Shown here: one piece after another, positions 37,731 through 53,018 of the stretch
How the letters are laid out: each line of letters begins with the position of its first letter
Numbering within the stretch: position 1 is the first letter of the stretch
Assembly (NCBI GenBank): GCA_964016885.1
Contig: OZ024743.1
Location: 16,182,001-16,246,000 of the forward strand
Direction of reading: 5' to 3'
DNA: 64,000 nt
DNA from: Eledone cirrhosa
Taxonomy: Eukaryota
Notes under the pieces: generated by a model
Told to the model about the DNA's origin: nothing
Databases searched by the model: none
The model's input: only the letters and a program-made list of their open reading frames with translations
Made by a program: the position numbers and the translations under genes

Positions 37731-40210
37731 CAACAGTGATATATACATTCACCCTCTTATATAAAATAAAAATGGCTACCTCTACAGATTGTTTGACGCT
37801 TTTAGAAATTATACGAGATTTCCTCAAGGGCAGGTAATTTCGAATTTACCTATAAACACATCTTTTAGATAAATGTAAAGGGATGAAACTATAAAAAAAA
37901 AACTACTTTTGTAAAGTTAGTAATTCAAAGAAATTAAATTCCTTGAAATTAAAATCAGTTAGTCTGGTCTATACCATTTTCTCAGAATGATTTTCACTAA
38001 GTGTGGACAGCATCTAAAGCCATCGGGGTGAGTATTTAAGCCGGGTTTCTCTTAAACAAGATTGAACACTCATTAAATATCTTCTTCTGGCCAATTATTC
38101 TTACCTAGTTCTTCCTGCTTTTCCTGGCACCATATTTATACTTATATATATATATATATATATACTGGTGCAGGCATATATGTTCCTGCACTCTACCGAA
38201 TGTATTGTATTATAGTATCAGCACTAGGGACATTGCAATGTACTTGACACAGTTGAAAACCCCCTTCCCCTACTGTTTGTGTAGCAAGTTTTCTTTAGCT
38301 AGATGAATTTTCTATGACCAAACACTTTAGAGCAGTGAGTTAGTCATTCTCTTGAAGCATTCGTTTGTACTTGAAAGTGAATGTGGATATGAAACCCTTG
38401 ATAGCAAAAGGTTTATTGCATATGGATAATAAAGCCATTCTTCTACCATATGCAGCATTGACATGGTTAGTGTTAGTCATGTATACACAATGAGTGTAAA
38501 TTGTACAGGTTGCATTAATTATATTTCTATTTTTGGCAGATGTATTTCCTTCTGGACATCCAGAAAGATGGTCTTTTAGGAGTTAAGCTCTTCCTCTAAC
38601 CTGTATCAACCTTTTTTCAAGGAGACGTCTCTCCTAGATATCTTGCTTTCACAGTCTCACGGTCCACATCAACCCTGTGCAATCCTATGTTTTCAAAGTG
38701 ATAGTCCACCTTTATGGGTTGTCTTCCCTGTCTTCTGGAAACCACATTCATTCCATTCAGTTTAATATATTTGGAGTTAATATTCTAGATGAATGTAAAA
38801 TAATGATGTTTATAAAGGTAATGAGGATAACAATGATGATGAAGACAATGATGATGATGATGATGAATTTGAATGATAATGGTGATGATAATTGATAATA
38901 TTTTAAATGCTAAAGGGTTAAACTATATTTATGGCAAGTAGATTTGGCTGGCTTGAATTATAAATTCTTGAGAAGTAAAAGCTGATTATTTGTGAGACTT
39001 TTCAACAAAAGATATATTCATTTAAAGAGAATAGCTAGAGACTTGAAATATTAAAATAATTTTTTTAACCTATTCACGAAATGTATGTATAAGCCTTATT
39101 GATGCAGTTATATGTTTTGTGACAAGTGATGCCAAAATGATATCTGTTGTACATGTGTATGCCTGAAAGGAATTGGATAAGCATGTTTGTGTGTGCATGT
39201 GATGTTTCAATGAGTATGCATGTGTGTGACATTTCAGTGAGTGTGCACGTGTGAATGTACATAACTGAAGTTAAGTAGTGGGAGGCACTTATTTCAATGG
39301 AAAATATAGGATCATACTGTGCTAAAATAGGAAAAGCTTCCTCCTCCCTGGGGTGGGTGGCAGTTAGGGGAAAGATCTAAGCTTTAGACCCAGTCTTCCA
39401 TATATATATAGAGTATTCTTTTCCTTTTAAATATGTACATTTCAATAATCTATATTATTATTCAATTCATTTCCTGTAGTATTTTGGGAGGTCGATTTTT
39501 ATTTTATTTTTACTCTATTAAAATGGATTAAATACATTTATTTACTTATATATGTTTTTAAAACAGTTTTTGTTTATTTAATTACATTTTATTTGTTTGG
39601 ATTTCCTTTTCTGAAATTTTATTTGTTTATTTTTTTTATATATTTATATATTTTTTATGTTTCTTCTTTTTTTTGTTAAGTGCCTTTATCACGATACAGG
39701 ATGTAAGAATGTAAAAATAGAAGAACAGAACAGACTATATATAAAAATCATTGCCAAAACCATCACGGAATAATAAGATGATGGAAAATCTTAGCAGAGG
39801 CAAAAAATAGAATTCAGTTATAAATGAAAAGAAAATATTCATAAACAATAAATATAATACAGTGTATATCTGCAATTTATCTGCAGCTTCTCTAATTTCC
39901 TGTTCTCTTTGCACTTGATTACATAGGAATTTTCAACATCTCAACTGAAATTTTATTCAAACATGCAACAAGATTTTTCAATGCTTTAATTTTTCCTCTA
40001 TAGACAAGAGGTGTAGAAAATAATGAGCTATATCGTGACTGTGAAACAATTTCACCTTCTTTTACATTTTACATCTGAAATCTTTTACAATCACCAGCAT
40101 ATAAATAGTTTAAATAGCTGATTTCAGAGCAAACACACTTTTGTGAGTATATGTAAGTGTATGTGGATATCAATATAAATATCCATTCACACACCTGCAC
40201 ACACTTCTCC

Positions 40211-40306
40211 ATATATATGTGTGTGTGTGTATGTGTGTATATAAGTATACATATATATAAATATATATATGTATATATATATATATATATATACATATAT
40301 ATATAC

Positions 40307-40385
<79 letters not shown>
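40211..40385. repeat. Long (TA)n-rich microsatellite
   Basis: Direct reading. Confidence 0.95.
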
Positions 40386-40388
<3 letters not shown>

Positions 40389-41246
40389 TAGTTTACATAC
40401 TGTTTTATGTGTTTGTATATATATACTTGCATATACCTGCACATATATTAGATACACACATGTAAAATAAATTATCTTGGTGAGGATGATATATGTATAT
40501 ATATATATATATTTCACACACATATACACATATACATCCCCTTCACACAAACACAGCTCTGCATGCACAGCTCTGCATGCACACACACATAATATGAAAT
40601 AATATTGATGTGAGAAAGTTTAGAAACTTTTTCAGGCCAAGTTATTCATATTAATTTTGGTTTTGCAATATTTTCTTATTTCTTCTTGAATAAAATTTTA
40701 TTTTCATATTGCTAACAAATATTGATCTCTGTGTTGAATAACATTCTTTACTGAAGACAATTTACTTAGCTCTGTTTAGACTCAGCATAGATGCTTTACG
40801 CTATCTTATATTGTCTCATTGTTCAGAATTCAAATAAAGTCAGAGCCAATTTAAAAACTTATCACTGCAGGATGTATTATATTAGTCTCTTCAATTGTCA
40901 CTGTCATTATTATAATTTATTAGGCCTAAAGCCAGCATTTATTGTGGCGGATTATGATATCTAGGACAAATTATTCCAGGTATCCTTGGCCTTAAGGCCA
41001 ACTCCCTATTCACCACTATTGGCACAGAGTTGGTGAACAGCAGGTGTATGCCACGTGAGCCGGATTAGCTCTTCCAGCACGTGTCCCTCACTATTTTCCA
41101 GTGAAATGCCTTCTCTATTCTGTTTGCTGGGACCACATGGCAGCCAGGGCATGGGCTCCCATTTACTCATAATAGCAAGGGATGGGGAGAACGGGAGTTT
41201 GAGGCAGTGACAGTGGGAGTTTGGTTACATTGTGTTCAGGCCTAGT

Positions 41247-41772
41247 GTCATCATCATCCTCATTTTACGTTCGCTTTTCCTTGCTTGCAAGGGTGGGACG
41301 GGTCCTATTCAGCACAGCATCTATCCACTTGTCACGGCCTTTCCTCATCTCCTCTGTGAGCTGCATGTATCTGAGGTCTGCTCTCACCACCACCACCCAT
41401 GTTTTTCGTGGTCTTCCTCTACTTCGTCTTCCTTCAACTGGGATTTCTTGGCACTTATTTACCCAGCAGTTATCCTCAATGCACATCACATGTCCATACC
41501 AGTCTTCTCTCCTGCACACTACAACTTATCCCTCTTATACACAGTTTCTCTCTCAATTCATCTATGCTCAGTCATTCACACACATTGATATTACACATCC
41601 AATGGAGTATGCTTGCTTCATTTCTCTCCAGTTGTCGAATATCCTCTGCAGTTGCTGCCCATATCTCACTACCATGCAGCATCACGCATCTCTCACAGGC
41701 ATCATATAACCGGCTTTTCATATAACCCTTCTTTGTCAACAGAGAAAGCAACTCCCTAAGCTTCTTCCAAGA
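41247..41772 (-). mobile_element. RTE LINE 3' fragment (second family)
   Basis: WKKLRELL..RLYDAC..HGSEIW; WYGHV..GRPRKTW; (GAT)n tail. Confidence 0.9.
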
Positions 41773-43079
41773 TACAATGGTCTGTGGTAAATAAATATGT
41801 AAATAAATATGTACAGTATTTACCACACCACATTTTATTTGCAGTTGTATAAGTGACATGGCGAGTAACTAATTGATACGACAAATGACAGTAAACCACT
41901 AATTAAAGACAATGAGGTATATTTCACTGTTATTGAGTGATCACATGGAAGCTCTTTCATTGGGCTGTAGTATTTCTAGGATCATATAACAATGTAAAAT
42001 TTTAACACATACTTAAACATACAGACATGTAAATGTAAATTAACTGAGATTATTCACTATTAGAAGAGATGCTTGTTAATCAGGAGTTCAATATCACTAC
42101 TGAAATCTTATTGTACATTTGGGGAGAAGACTGATTTTATATACTTCATTTCACGCTCAATCTTGGTAGAAAATTTTACCTATCTATGTTCCCGAAGCAC
42201 CTTCCTACATATTGATATCAGGTTAGAGACAACCAATTGCAAAATCTAGTCTTATGAGTTGAACTTACTCTTAATGAATGTTTCATGCTTTCCACCAGGA
42301 CATAGATATAACATTTTGACAACCACCTTAATGCAGGTGCCATGATAAAATGCACATGGTTGAGCAAGGGTCTTTATGTAAGCAAGATGCAGGCTCACGG
42401 GCTGTCTGGAAGATCAGTAGACCTGTATCTATACTGACTTAGTCTGTGAAGGCCAATCCAGCCCTTGCTGTCAGGTAAAACAGTCGTTAAATGATGCTGG
42501 GGTTGCTGGTAATGTTGGTGATGATGGTGCTGATTTATTTAAGACATTCAGATGTGATTTGAAAGTGCTGTAACTGCTATTTCAAGCAAGCTATTGGAAC
42601 TTGTAGATATTCATCATTCAGAATTTTGGCACTACATTGTGTATTGATGGGCAATAATACATTCTATGTTCCATCTCTCATGGAATAAATAGCAAATATA
42701 TTCCATGAATATTATCAAAGACACCCATGCTATCATGGAAAAATGGACGTAAAATGGTGATGATGATGATGTTGTTGATAACCAATATCCTTTTGGTAGT
42801 GATTTTACTTGCATTTACTTACGACAAAGAAAATAGAACCTGATAATAGCATTTCAGTGCTCTTCTATTAGATGTGAAATGATCTTTGTTATTCTTAATG
42901 TAATCATGTTATTTAGCACTTGTGTTATTTCTAATTAATCAAAACATTGAGCAAAGCATTCCAATCATGCCAAGTTCATCATGTATTCATATTCTAACTT
43001 TATCCTGAGAGTATATAATGTATAGTATGCTTTCCAATCATTCCAGGGTTAAAAATATGCAGCATTATTCATAGGTAGT

Positions 43080-43171
43080 CGATTAAATGAAGTACCCCGT
43101 ACGGGGTCGATTAAATAAAGTACAAGTAATACACTGGGATAATTGCTGGCGTTGTGCCAAAAGTAGAAACA
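43080..43171 (+). mobile_element. 5'-truncated SINE family A
   Basis: 16-bp TSD attattcataggtagt; duplicated 5' segment cgattaaat.aagtac. Confidence 0.88.
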
Positions 43172-44949
43172 ATTATTCATAGGTAGTGGATTATGACTTC
43201 CCAAACAGGTGAGACAACCTGGTTTTGTGCAGAAATTGCTTAAAAAGGTCCAAGAAAAGCTATCATTGCATGTTTACATATACATTTTCCGATAAGCATA
43301 TGACAATTGTCTCATCACCAGAGGTCACTTTTCAACTTGAGAGAAAAACAAGAATGTGTAGTTTGAGAGGAATTTAGCTGCTATTTCTAGCAGATCAAGT
43401 GACTGTGGAGTGAATCCTTCTTTGGCTAGTGTAAATGTAATTCAGATGGTTAGATGGATGGAAAGAAATATAGATAGAGGGTTACATGGTAAGAAATAAT
43501 AAGCTGGTGCAGTCTCTTTGTTTGAACTGCAAATGTTAAGTTTATAAAATATGCTTTATGATTCCAATCATTTAATACTATATTCGCTCAGCTATTTTAA
43601 CTTTGATTATAATAAATGATATAGCTATGGATAACAAGTTTCTTCAAAGAGATTTATTGCCAGTAACTCTACAGAAATTCCCCATTTCTATTTTTACATC
43701 TTCACTGCTAACTGATAAATGATAATGTAAATCAAAAATAAAATCTATTAATTAATATAATTACATTTGATTTTCCTTTTTCCTTTCCTTATCAACCAAA
43801 ATCTTCAGTCTCTTTCCATACTATTTAATTGACTGCTTCTTCTCCCTCTATTTATTGTCTTTATTGAGGAAGCATCGATGTAGTCTATTAAAATGCCAAA
43901 AGAATCATACAAATCCCACTCAAATCCCACCTTGCCGTCTTATAAAATAATACATAATATATTGTTATCTGTGTTTCTCTGCATATAGGAAAAACAAGAT
44001 GATAGCTAGAATGTCTTTGGTTAGGGTTGACATGGATCTAAATACCTTTTCTACTTTTCTATCTTATTCTAAATGAATGATTCTCAATCAAAGAGTAATA
44101 TTATCCCCTGGATGTAAAAATTTACATGTTAGAGGGTAAATATATATAAACTAAAAATATATTCTAAAATCTACAAATCTTTTGCTGAGCCTAGTCATAC
44201 ATATATTATGCAATGGTGGAAGGGAGTATATAAGAGAAGGGGAATTAATTTTGATGTTTGATAGATTTTTATTGTCATTATCATCATCATCATTATTATT
44301 ATAAATATCATCTTTATTCAACATTTGTTTTCTCTAGTAGCAAGCATTGGATGGGTCATCAGAGACTAAGTCAGTATATAATAGGACTAACTGATCTCTC
44401 AGATAAATTGGGTGCTTCATATCACTTATATGCAATCTTTCACTCTAAATAGAGTGCCATGCGTTTAATCATAGCCTAACACTAGGAAGGTCATCATATC
44501 TTTTATACAAATGAAGAAGCTTCTCTATCCTTGGTTAGCAAATTGTCTATAGCTGTATGTCATTTCTATTATTTACCAATTTACAAAGTATACTGGCTAC
44601 AGTCTATCATGTCACAAACACAAGAAATATTTTTTCCTGACCTTGAGTTCTCTCAACCCTTTCTAGACCTGGACACCTTTCTATCAGGATTTATGACTGG
44701 AAGGTTATTTCAAACTTTACATAGTGTATTAGGTCAATTTTATTGTGGAAGCATGACATTCAATTGACTCAAAGTTCCTCCCTACACTATGGATGGGGAA
44801 GGAAAGATATGATGTCATTGGTAAGTGACAATATGTGTGAGGGGGAGTGGGCGATGACAGTATAATGTCATGGAATTATGACATGTATGGTGTTGAGTGG
44901 TTTAAAGGGATAGTGTAGGGTGGGTGGAAAATGGGATGAATGACATCTC

Positions 44950-45640
44950 CATGAAGCCTAACTACTGAGATTTCTATTTACCTTTTATACATACCTCACT
45001 TGCTTATACCATTGCAGTCATTTGTACACTATATTGGATTCTTCTCTCAGCTTGTCCACATTATCTCATTCATGCACACAAACACTACACATCTACCATT
45101 GTGTATTCACTCCATCTCCCTCTTGTCCTTGCAGGTCCTTGGAAGTGATTGCCTATGTCTACTGACTGTAGCATCACTGATCACATGCAGGCATCACATA
45201 GTTTACTCGTCATGTCTAAAGCAAATCCACTTACTGACAACATATTTGAACTCCTTAAGTATTCTCTAGCACAATCTGACTGGTGTGCTCACATACAGAG
45301 CATCCATGCAGAGCTGTTGACTAGGTCACACAAGCAACACAATCTTTCAATAAGCTCTTGGGCAATTGAGAGAATTTATTTCATGCATGCTCCTCTTTCC
45401 TGCATTCATATCATACAAGGAATATCTTTTCTGCTAACCTATTTGTAATCATGGTACATCACTTACATATTCATATGGCACTTTTGTGAATCTCTCTTCA
45501 ACATATCAAATAAGAATAATCTCTGACGGTGTCTAGTTCTTGTCCTCCATCCCACCTATCGAGATCTTTCTCTTCATCAAGCCAAGTTTATGTTTAGGCT
45601 CATCGATTCAAGAGTCCTCATTAATGTCTAGGATGTTGCT
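44950..45640 (-). mobile_element. Highly decayed RTE fragment
   Basis: Remnant GF.L..SKLCDACM on the reverse strand. Confidence 0.45.
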
Positions 45641-46877
45641 TCTAACTCCCCCAGCGAGAGGTGACATGTCTGCAAATATGTCTAGCTGCAAGATGATAAT
45701 TGAACTATAATTAGTGCCATATAATAATGATAAAATACAAAATCATGCTCTTTTAATTTGGATTACATGTATTTGGGGTAAGTCATTCTGCATAAAACAT
45801 TTACATATCGTGAGATATGGTATTGAAAATAGAATAAAAAATAATATTCGATTCCCAAAGATTATATTGATTTGGGGGTGAATAATTCTTCATAAAACAT
45901 TTACGTAACGTTGGACCTGACCAAGAGAGAAACATCTTTTCTTATCTGGTCTGTATTAAGATATTCAACAAACTTCTTTCAATGCTGATGGAAGCAGTAT
46001 CTTATCATGATGGTTAATTCATATGAGAATAGAGGGGAAATGGTGGAACGACAACGTTAATGGAAATAAGTGTGGCAATGAAGATGAAATACAAAATAAT
46101 ATATCAATGTGCGTGTCTAGCTGCAAGCTGAAAATTTAGCTATAATTAGTGTATGGTAATGAAGATAAAATACAAAATAATGCTATAACTTAGTCTAAAG
46201 GGTAAATGGCAAATTAGATCAAACAAAAGAGGTAAAGAGCAGAAAGGTCTTTTTCTCTTTAATCCTTCTTATTACTATTCTACCATATTGGTTTTTTTCT
46301 TCCATCTCAGCTTTACTTTTGTCTCTGATACATACACTCTTGGCCACTTTCATGCTCCATCTTTCATTCTCTCAATCTATATTTTTTCAATCATTCTCTC
46401 ATAATTCTCTCATTCCTCTAATCAACATTCTTTCTCTCTCTAATGTCTGTCCTCTCTTCTGTAGAACATCTGTCTACATCTTTCTACCTATTTCAGTCTC
46501 TATTGAAAGCTGTTGCTTTTCTCCTTTTGTATCTCATATTCTTTTTATTTTTATATCCCTCTCACATCTTCCATCTTACTACTCTATCTATATTATTTCT
46601 CAAACACCAATTTCATTTTACCTTCTTATATTTCATAATTCCAGTCATTACTCCCCCAATCTCTTGCTTACTCTTACTCACACTATTTCTTCGAAATATT
46701 TACTTGTCATTCTAATTTTATTTCTATCCATATATCACCTTTCCTCACTTTCCTTGTTATCTTAAGTTCGCTCTATTCACTTTGCTTCTGTCTTCACAAC
46801 ATTCCTTTACATCTTCTATGCTTTTTCTTTGATTTGTGAGTAGAATTGCATTTTTCCTTCCAGCTTCCAGCCGAATT

Positions 46878-47520
46878 CATCATCATCATCATCATCACCG
46901 TTTTACGTCCGTTCTTCCACGCTAGCATGGGTTAGACGGGTTGTCCTGTTGTGGGCAGTGTCTGGTCGGCTGACCATGCCTTGCTCATACAGGAACTGAT
47001 CTGGCTTGATTTCTACAGCTGGATGCCCTTCCTAACACCAACCTCATTTACAGTGAGTGCTGGGTGCTTTTTCGTGGCGCCTACACGTCCACTTTACAGT
47101 GTGGGCTGGGTGCTTTTTTTTTTGCCGTGGCACCTCCACGGCCACCTTGCGGTGGGGGTGGGGTGGGGGGGGGGCATATTGTTTATATGCTTCAGCATGT
47201 ACCCATGGGAGGTCGGGTATCCTGTATTACTGCGTGACGCCAGAAGTCACGGTCGTGTGTCATTGACTTTGAGAGGTGTAGTTGGGTAAGGTCGGCTTTT
47301 ATCACCTCATACCAAGTCATCTTGGGTCTCCCCACTCCGCGGTTTCCATCAACTTCTAGTGCTCTGCACCTTTTTATGCAGCTGTCATCCTTCATACGCA
47401 TCACATGTCCATACCAGCGTAACCGCCTCTCCTGCACGCAGCATTTGATTCCTCTTATGCTCAGTCTCTCTCTCAATTCCTTTATGCTTTGTCGTTCACG
47501 TATATTACTGTTACACATCC
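46878..47520 (-). mobile_element. RTE LINE 3' fragment, near-identical to 28511-29130
   Basis: Shared sequence from the (GAT)n tail through RRLRWYGHV..WMCNSN. Confidence 0.95.
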
Positions 47521-47720
47521 ATCCCAACAGTGAATTAGCAGTAGCAATATCAACAGTGGCACCAGCAGCAGGAAAAGTAATGTCATATTTATTATTTTTA
47601 TAGTTGTTATACATTTTGTTATTCTAGGGATGGTGGGGGTGTTGGTGGGTGAGGTGAGGTAGTTATGGAAATAGAAAGAAATTATTGAAAATAAGTCAAT
47701 CAGAGGATTATTATTATTAT

Positions 47721-48178
47721 TGTTCTTTGAGTCTCAGTCATTGATGTTATTTAACTGCAAAGTTTGTTGAAATGAATATCAAGCCGCTACCTGCAGCCTC
47801 AGATATTCAGCACGTATCGGACAGTTCTTGCTGTTCCCAGCAAGCATGCCTTTTGAAGTGTTCCAAAAAGCAGGGCTGGACTAATCTTCTTTAAACTTCC
47901 TTGGAAACTCTTTGAGACAGTACCTAGCGCGCCTATGACAATCGGGACGACCTTGATTTCATGGCAGTTCCAAATCCTTTTTAACTCCCACTTTAAAGCC
48001 TGGTATCGGTTAATTTTCTCCCGCTCCTTTTCTTGCACTTTCGTGTCAAATGGGCAGGCTACATCTACAATCAGGCACAATCTTTTTTTCTTGTCCAAAA
48101 CCACCAGGTCAGGCCTATTGTGTTCCAGTTTCTTGTCTGTCTGTATCATAAAATCCCATAGAACCTTCACCTGATCGT
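47721..48178 (-). mobile_element. Dong/R4 non-LTR retrotransposon, family A, 3' fragment
   Basis: REL endonuclease WDF..D..NRPDLVV..DVACP..K..RY..GALG; 3' end abuts (ATT)n. Confidence 0.93.
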
Positions 48179-48286
48179 AACGGGGTCGATAATTTAAAGT
48201 ACCAGTAATGCACTGGCTAATTGCTGGCCTTGTGCCAAACGTAGAAACAATTATTATTATTATTATTATTATTATTGTTATTATTA
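48179..48286 (+). mobile_element. SINE family A 3' half with expanded (ATT)n tail
   Basis: ggggtcgataatttaaagtaccag..ccttgtgccaaacgtagaaac(att)n. Confidence 0.88.
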
Positions 48287-49415
48287 CCTTTGCATTTATC
48301 TTGCTTTACGTTCATACGAGTTATCACCAAGTCACCACCAGTGACCTCAAGAGACAACAAGGTCTGCCATGTTCAAGAAAGAACACACACACACACACAT
48401 GCATCTTTAGGTGTTTTGACTTGTGATGTACATATATTGACAGAACCTTCCTTAGTATATGGGCAGTTCCCATTAGTACTATCTTTTGTATTTTTCCTAT
48501 ACGCGGGTTTCCTGGGAATTTGCGATAAGTAATCATTAGACCTCTTAGGTATCATTCCTAGAGCGCCTACAACCAGTGGTATGGTTTTAGTTCTCAATTT
48601 CAACATTTTTCCAATTTCTATCTCCAGGTCCTTATACTTGCTCAATTTTTCAAAAGTTTTTATAGATACATTCTTGTCTATTGAAACGGACATATCAATT
48701 AGCAGGCACACCCTCTTTTTAAAGTCCTTCAGTATTATATCAGGTCTATTTGCATCTATTTTTCGGTCTGTTTGGATGCTAAAGTTCCACAAGATTGAGA
48801 TGTGATTTTTTCAATCTTGGGAGGTAGTTGATGCTCCCACCAATTCTTTTGATGGGGCAGGTCAAAATGCTTACACATTATCCAATATATATATTGTGCA
48901 GCTCTGTCGTGCCTGTTTCGGTAATAGGTTGGAGCTATAGGACTGCACATTGAAATTATATGATCAATGGTCTCTGGTTGTTTTTTACATACACGGCATA
49001 ATGGGTTGCACCCATTTTTTATTATGTTGGCTTGGTAATTTTTTATTGGCAGACACTGATCTTGCACTGATATAATTAGTCCTTCAGTCTCCGATTTCAG
49101 TCCAGAGGATGCCAACCACTGATGGGTTAAAGTTTTGTCAACATCAGGATTGTTAGCTCTTTCTGGGTATTTTCCATACAGCGGCTTTTCTTGCCATTTC
49201 TTATACAGTTTCTGTAGCAGTTCTTTGCTTGCAGTTACTTTTACCTACTTTGCTTTTTCTGTGTTTTTCATTTCAGCAGTACATGGAACTTCTGAAATAT
49301 GTAGTTCATTACTGTATCTTGGTGCATCTTTTGTAATGGAGTATGATCTTTTGATGCTTTCGTGTTTCAAAATGAGTTTGATCACCCAATCATGTGATTC
49401 CCTTAGATATGTAGA
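48287..49415 (-). mobile_element. Dong/R4 family B, 3' fragment
   Basis: CRVC..ETIDHIISMC zinc knuckle, RHDR motif, NRPDII..D..KLSKY REL domain; distinct 3'UTR. Confidence 0.93.
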
Positions 49416-49434
49416 TATTATTATTATTATTATT

Positions 49435-52371
49435 GTTCTTTGAGTCTCAGTCATTGTTGTTATGTTACTGGAAAGTTTGTTGAAATGAATATCAAGCCAC
49501 TACCTGCAGCCTAAGATATTCAGGACATATCGGAGGGTTCTTGCTGTTCCAAGCAAGCATGCCTTTTGAAGTGTTCCAAAAAGCGGGGCGGGACCAATTT
49601 TCTTTAACCATCCTTGGAAACTCTTTGAGATAGTACCTAGTGCGCCTATGACAATCGGGACCACTTTGACTTCATGGCAGTTCCAAATCCTTTTTACCTC
49701 CCACTTTAAGTCCTGGTATCGGTTAATTTTCTCCCTCTCCCTCTCTTGCACACTCGCATCGAATGGGCAGGCTACATCCACTATCAGGCACGATCTTTTT
49801 CCCTTGTCCAAAACCACTAGGTCAGGTCTGTTGTGTTCCAGTTTCTTGTCCGTCTGTTTGATAAAATCCCACAGCACCTCCACCTGATCGTTCTCTATCA
49901 CCGACTCTGGCTTATGCTCATACCACTTCTCAGAATGTGGTAAATTATTTACTTTGCATATGTGCCAATGGATCACCTTGCCCATCACATCATGTCTCCA
50001 GCCCTTATAGTGAGTCTGGGCTAGGTATTTACACTCGGATACAATGTGAGCCATAGTCTCCTCTCTCTCTGCACAGATCCTACACAGTGGGCTAGCCTCA
50101 TCATTGTAAATATGGTGTTTCAGCCACGTTGTTTTGAGGGCCTGCTCTTGCGCAGCCATTAGCATTTCTTCTGTAGCCTTTTTAAGGTCTCCTCTTTTCA
50201 ACCAGTTCCATGTCTGTGGATCTCTAAATTCAGTTTTCTCAAAGAAGGTACAATGAAGGGATTTTTCATGAAGGTTGCTCTTTCTCCTGGTTGTTATTTC
50301 TTACTTGGACATCCCCTGGTCTATTGTCCTCTCCTTCAGTACAATTTAGAGCATTGGCTCCCTACACGTATTTGTGTAGGTTGTTGTTCTACATCTGAAC
50401 ACAGTCCTCTATGCTGATAAGACCTCTTCCACCTTCAGATCTCCTTAAGTAGAGTCTATCGACATCACTCCTCTTGTGGAACATGTTGTAGATAGTCAAT
50501 AGCTTCCTAGTTTTCCTATACATTTCTTTTTGTTCAGCAACATTCCATCTCAGAATTCCAGCACTGTACCTAATAATAGACACAGCTCGGGAATTTACTG
50601 CACTTATGGCATTCCTACTGTTCAGATGTGACTTTAATACGCTCCTTATTCTCCGAATGTATTCAGATCTTATCAATTCCTTCATCTTTTTGTTCTTGAT
50701 GTCATCAGCCTCCAAAACACCTAAATATTTGTATCCTTCTTCAGTATCAATTTCCTTTATCATCTCACCTGTTGGTACCTGGATTCCGTTGCTTCTGCTC
50801 AATTTACCCCTCTTCATCACAAGGACTCCACACTTACTAATACCAAATTGCATACATATATCATTGCTCAAAATACGTACAGTATCAACAAACACACCCA
50901 ACTCCTTCTCACTCTTCCCGAAGAGCTTAAGATAGTCCATGAAGAGGAGGTGATTGTTGGTAAGCTCTCCTTTTCCCAACTTGTATCCTGCTCTCACTTT
51001 TCGCAGTATAATGGTCAGTGGGATCAAGGCAAGGACAAACAACAGACGGGCCAAACTATCTCCCTGGAAGATAACTCTCTTGATCTTCACGCCTCCCAAA
51101 GATTCTCCGACCGATATTAACTCTGTTTTCCAGGACTTCATACTTTTGCTCAAAAACTGTCTGATGTTATCTGCCACCTTGAAGATCTCTAGGCTTTTGG
51201 TTATCCAAGAATGAGGTACCATGTCGAATGCCTTTTTGTAGTATATCCATCCCATGGCAAGACCAGTGTGTCTCCTCCTACAATTCCTCATTAGTATCTT
51301 ATCAATAAGTAACTGGTCCGTTGTACCACGGGACTTCTTTCGGCATCCTTTCTGTTTGTCCGGTAACAAGTTGTTTATGTGGTGGTGCTGGTAGATTTCC
51401 TCAGACACAATGCTTGTTAACAGTTTCCACATTACGGACAGACATGTGATAGGTCTATAGTTGGTAACATCATTACCCTTGGTTCGGTCTTTCATTACCA
51501 GAACTGTGGTACCTTTTGTCAACCACTCTGGTACCTCACCTGACATTAAGCAGTCATTGAAGATGGTTGTCAGTTTCAGGTGGAGGGATGTTATATTTTT
51601 AATCCAATACACCTGCACACCATCTGGGCCTGGTGATTTCCAGTTGGTTAGTTTTTTGGCCTGCCCCATAAGAGTTTCAACTGTGATACTCAAATCAGTT
51701 TGTTGGTGTGCTTGTTCACTAATCTCCTTTTGTACTGTCTCAATCCACACTGCCTGAATGTTATGTTTAAAATCCTCTCCAGAATGTCTTAGTTTGTTCC
51801 GCCTTAGGGATCATGTCGTTGCCTCTTTCTTTCCCTTCAAACTGTCCAAACAGCATCTTCTGGTTGTTGTCAAACTTGCGGTTCTGTCTATACTGACCGA
51901 CTCTGCTCTCGTATCGACTAATCTTTGCGCTCTTTGCTACAATGCGTTGCTTCAGTTCCTCTATGATACTATTTAGCTTTTTCCTCCTAGTTTTGTACTT
52001 TATTTCCAAACTATTTTTAGTGTATATGTTTTGTAGTGTCCCATTCACTAGGGACTCAAGCTTTCCAATGTCATTTCTCATTTCACGGATTTGACCATTC
52101 AGTCGTTTATTCCACCAAGGTCTGATCTTTCTTGTTTGTTGTTTACTCTCTCTTTTATGTAAAGTAATTTCCTCACCGCATTTGCTGTTGCTTTGAGGAT
52201 ATTATGGCACTGGTGAAGCTTCCTCACCTCAAGGTATGGGATGACTTTGTTTACATTAGCTGGTGTTTCCTTTAACATTTTCCTGTTTACAAATCTTAGG
52301 TTCATAGGTTTCCCACTATCATTGTTCATTTCATCTACCACTAAGTTTAGGATATCAACGAAATCTTGTCC
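49435..52371 (-). mobile_element. Dong/R4 family A, long 5'-truncated copy
   Basis: RT ORF 50389-51750 (PGPDG, YRPITCL, KKAFDMVPH, FQGDSL, FMDY = mutated FMDD); ZnF+REL ORF 49500-50201; (ATT)n on both sides. Confidence 0.96.
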
Positions 52372-52390
52372 TATTATTATTATTGTTATT

Positions 52391-53018
52391 ACTCTTTGAG
52401 TCTCAGTCATTGATGTTAGTTAACTGGAAAGTTTGTTGAAATGAATATCAAGCCACTACCTGCAACCTCAGATATTCAGGACGTATAGGAGGGTTCTTGC
52501 TGTTCCCAGCAAGCATGCCTTTTGAAGCGTTCCAAAAAGCGTGAAGGGGTCAATTTTCTTTAACCATCCCTGGAAACTTTTTGAGATAGCCCCTAGTGCG
52601 CCTATGACAATCGGGATCACTTTGACTTCATGGCAGTTCCAAATCCTTTTTACCTCCCACTTTAAGTCCTGGTATCGGTTAATGTTCTCCCTCTCCTTCT
52701 CTTGCACTCTCGTGTCGAATGGGCAGGCCACATCCACAATCAGGCACGATCTTTTTTCTTTGTCCAAAACGACCAGGTCAGGTCTATTGTGTTCCAGTTT
52801 CTTGTCTGTCTGTATCCTAAAATCCCACAGCACCTTCACCTGATCGTTTTCTATCACCGCCTCTGGCTTATGCTCATACCACTTCTCAGAATGTTGTGAA
52901 TTGTTTACTTTGCATAGGTGCCAGTGGATCACCCTGCCCATCACATCATGTCTCCAGCCCTTATAGTTAGTCTGGGCTAGGTGTTTACACTCGGATACAA
53001 TGTGCCACAAGTCTCCTC
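52391..53018 (-). mobile_element. Dong/R4 family A, 3' fragment
   Basis: REL ORF 52468-53010; same 3'UTR as the 49435 copy. Confidence 0.94.

Noticed and set aside
45679-46190. Diverged local direct repeats (also 27031-27340 and 61734-61850)
   Set aside because: Old short duplications with no motif, TIR or ribozyme core
46319-46765. 148-aa hydrophobic ORF
   Set aside because: Pyrimidine-rich low-complexity sequence lacking stops by composition
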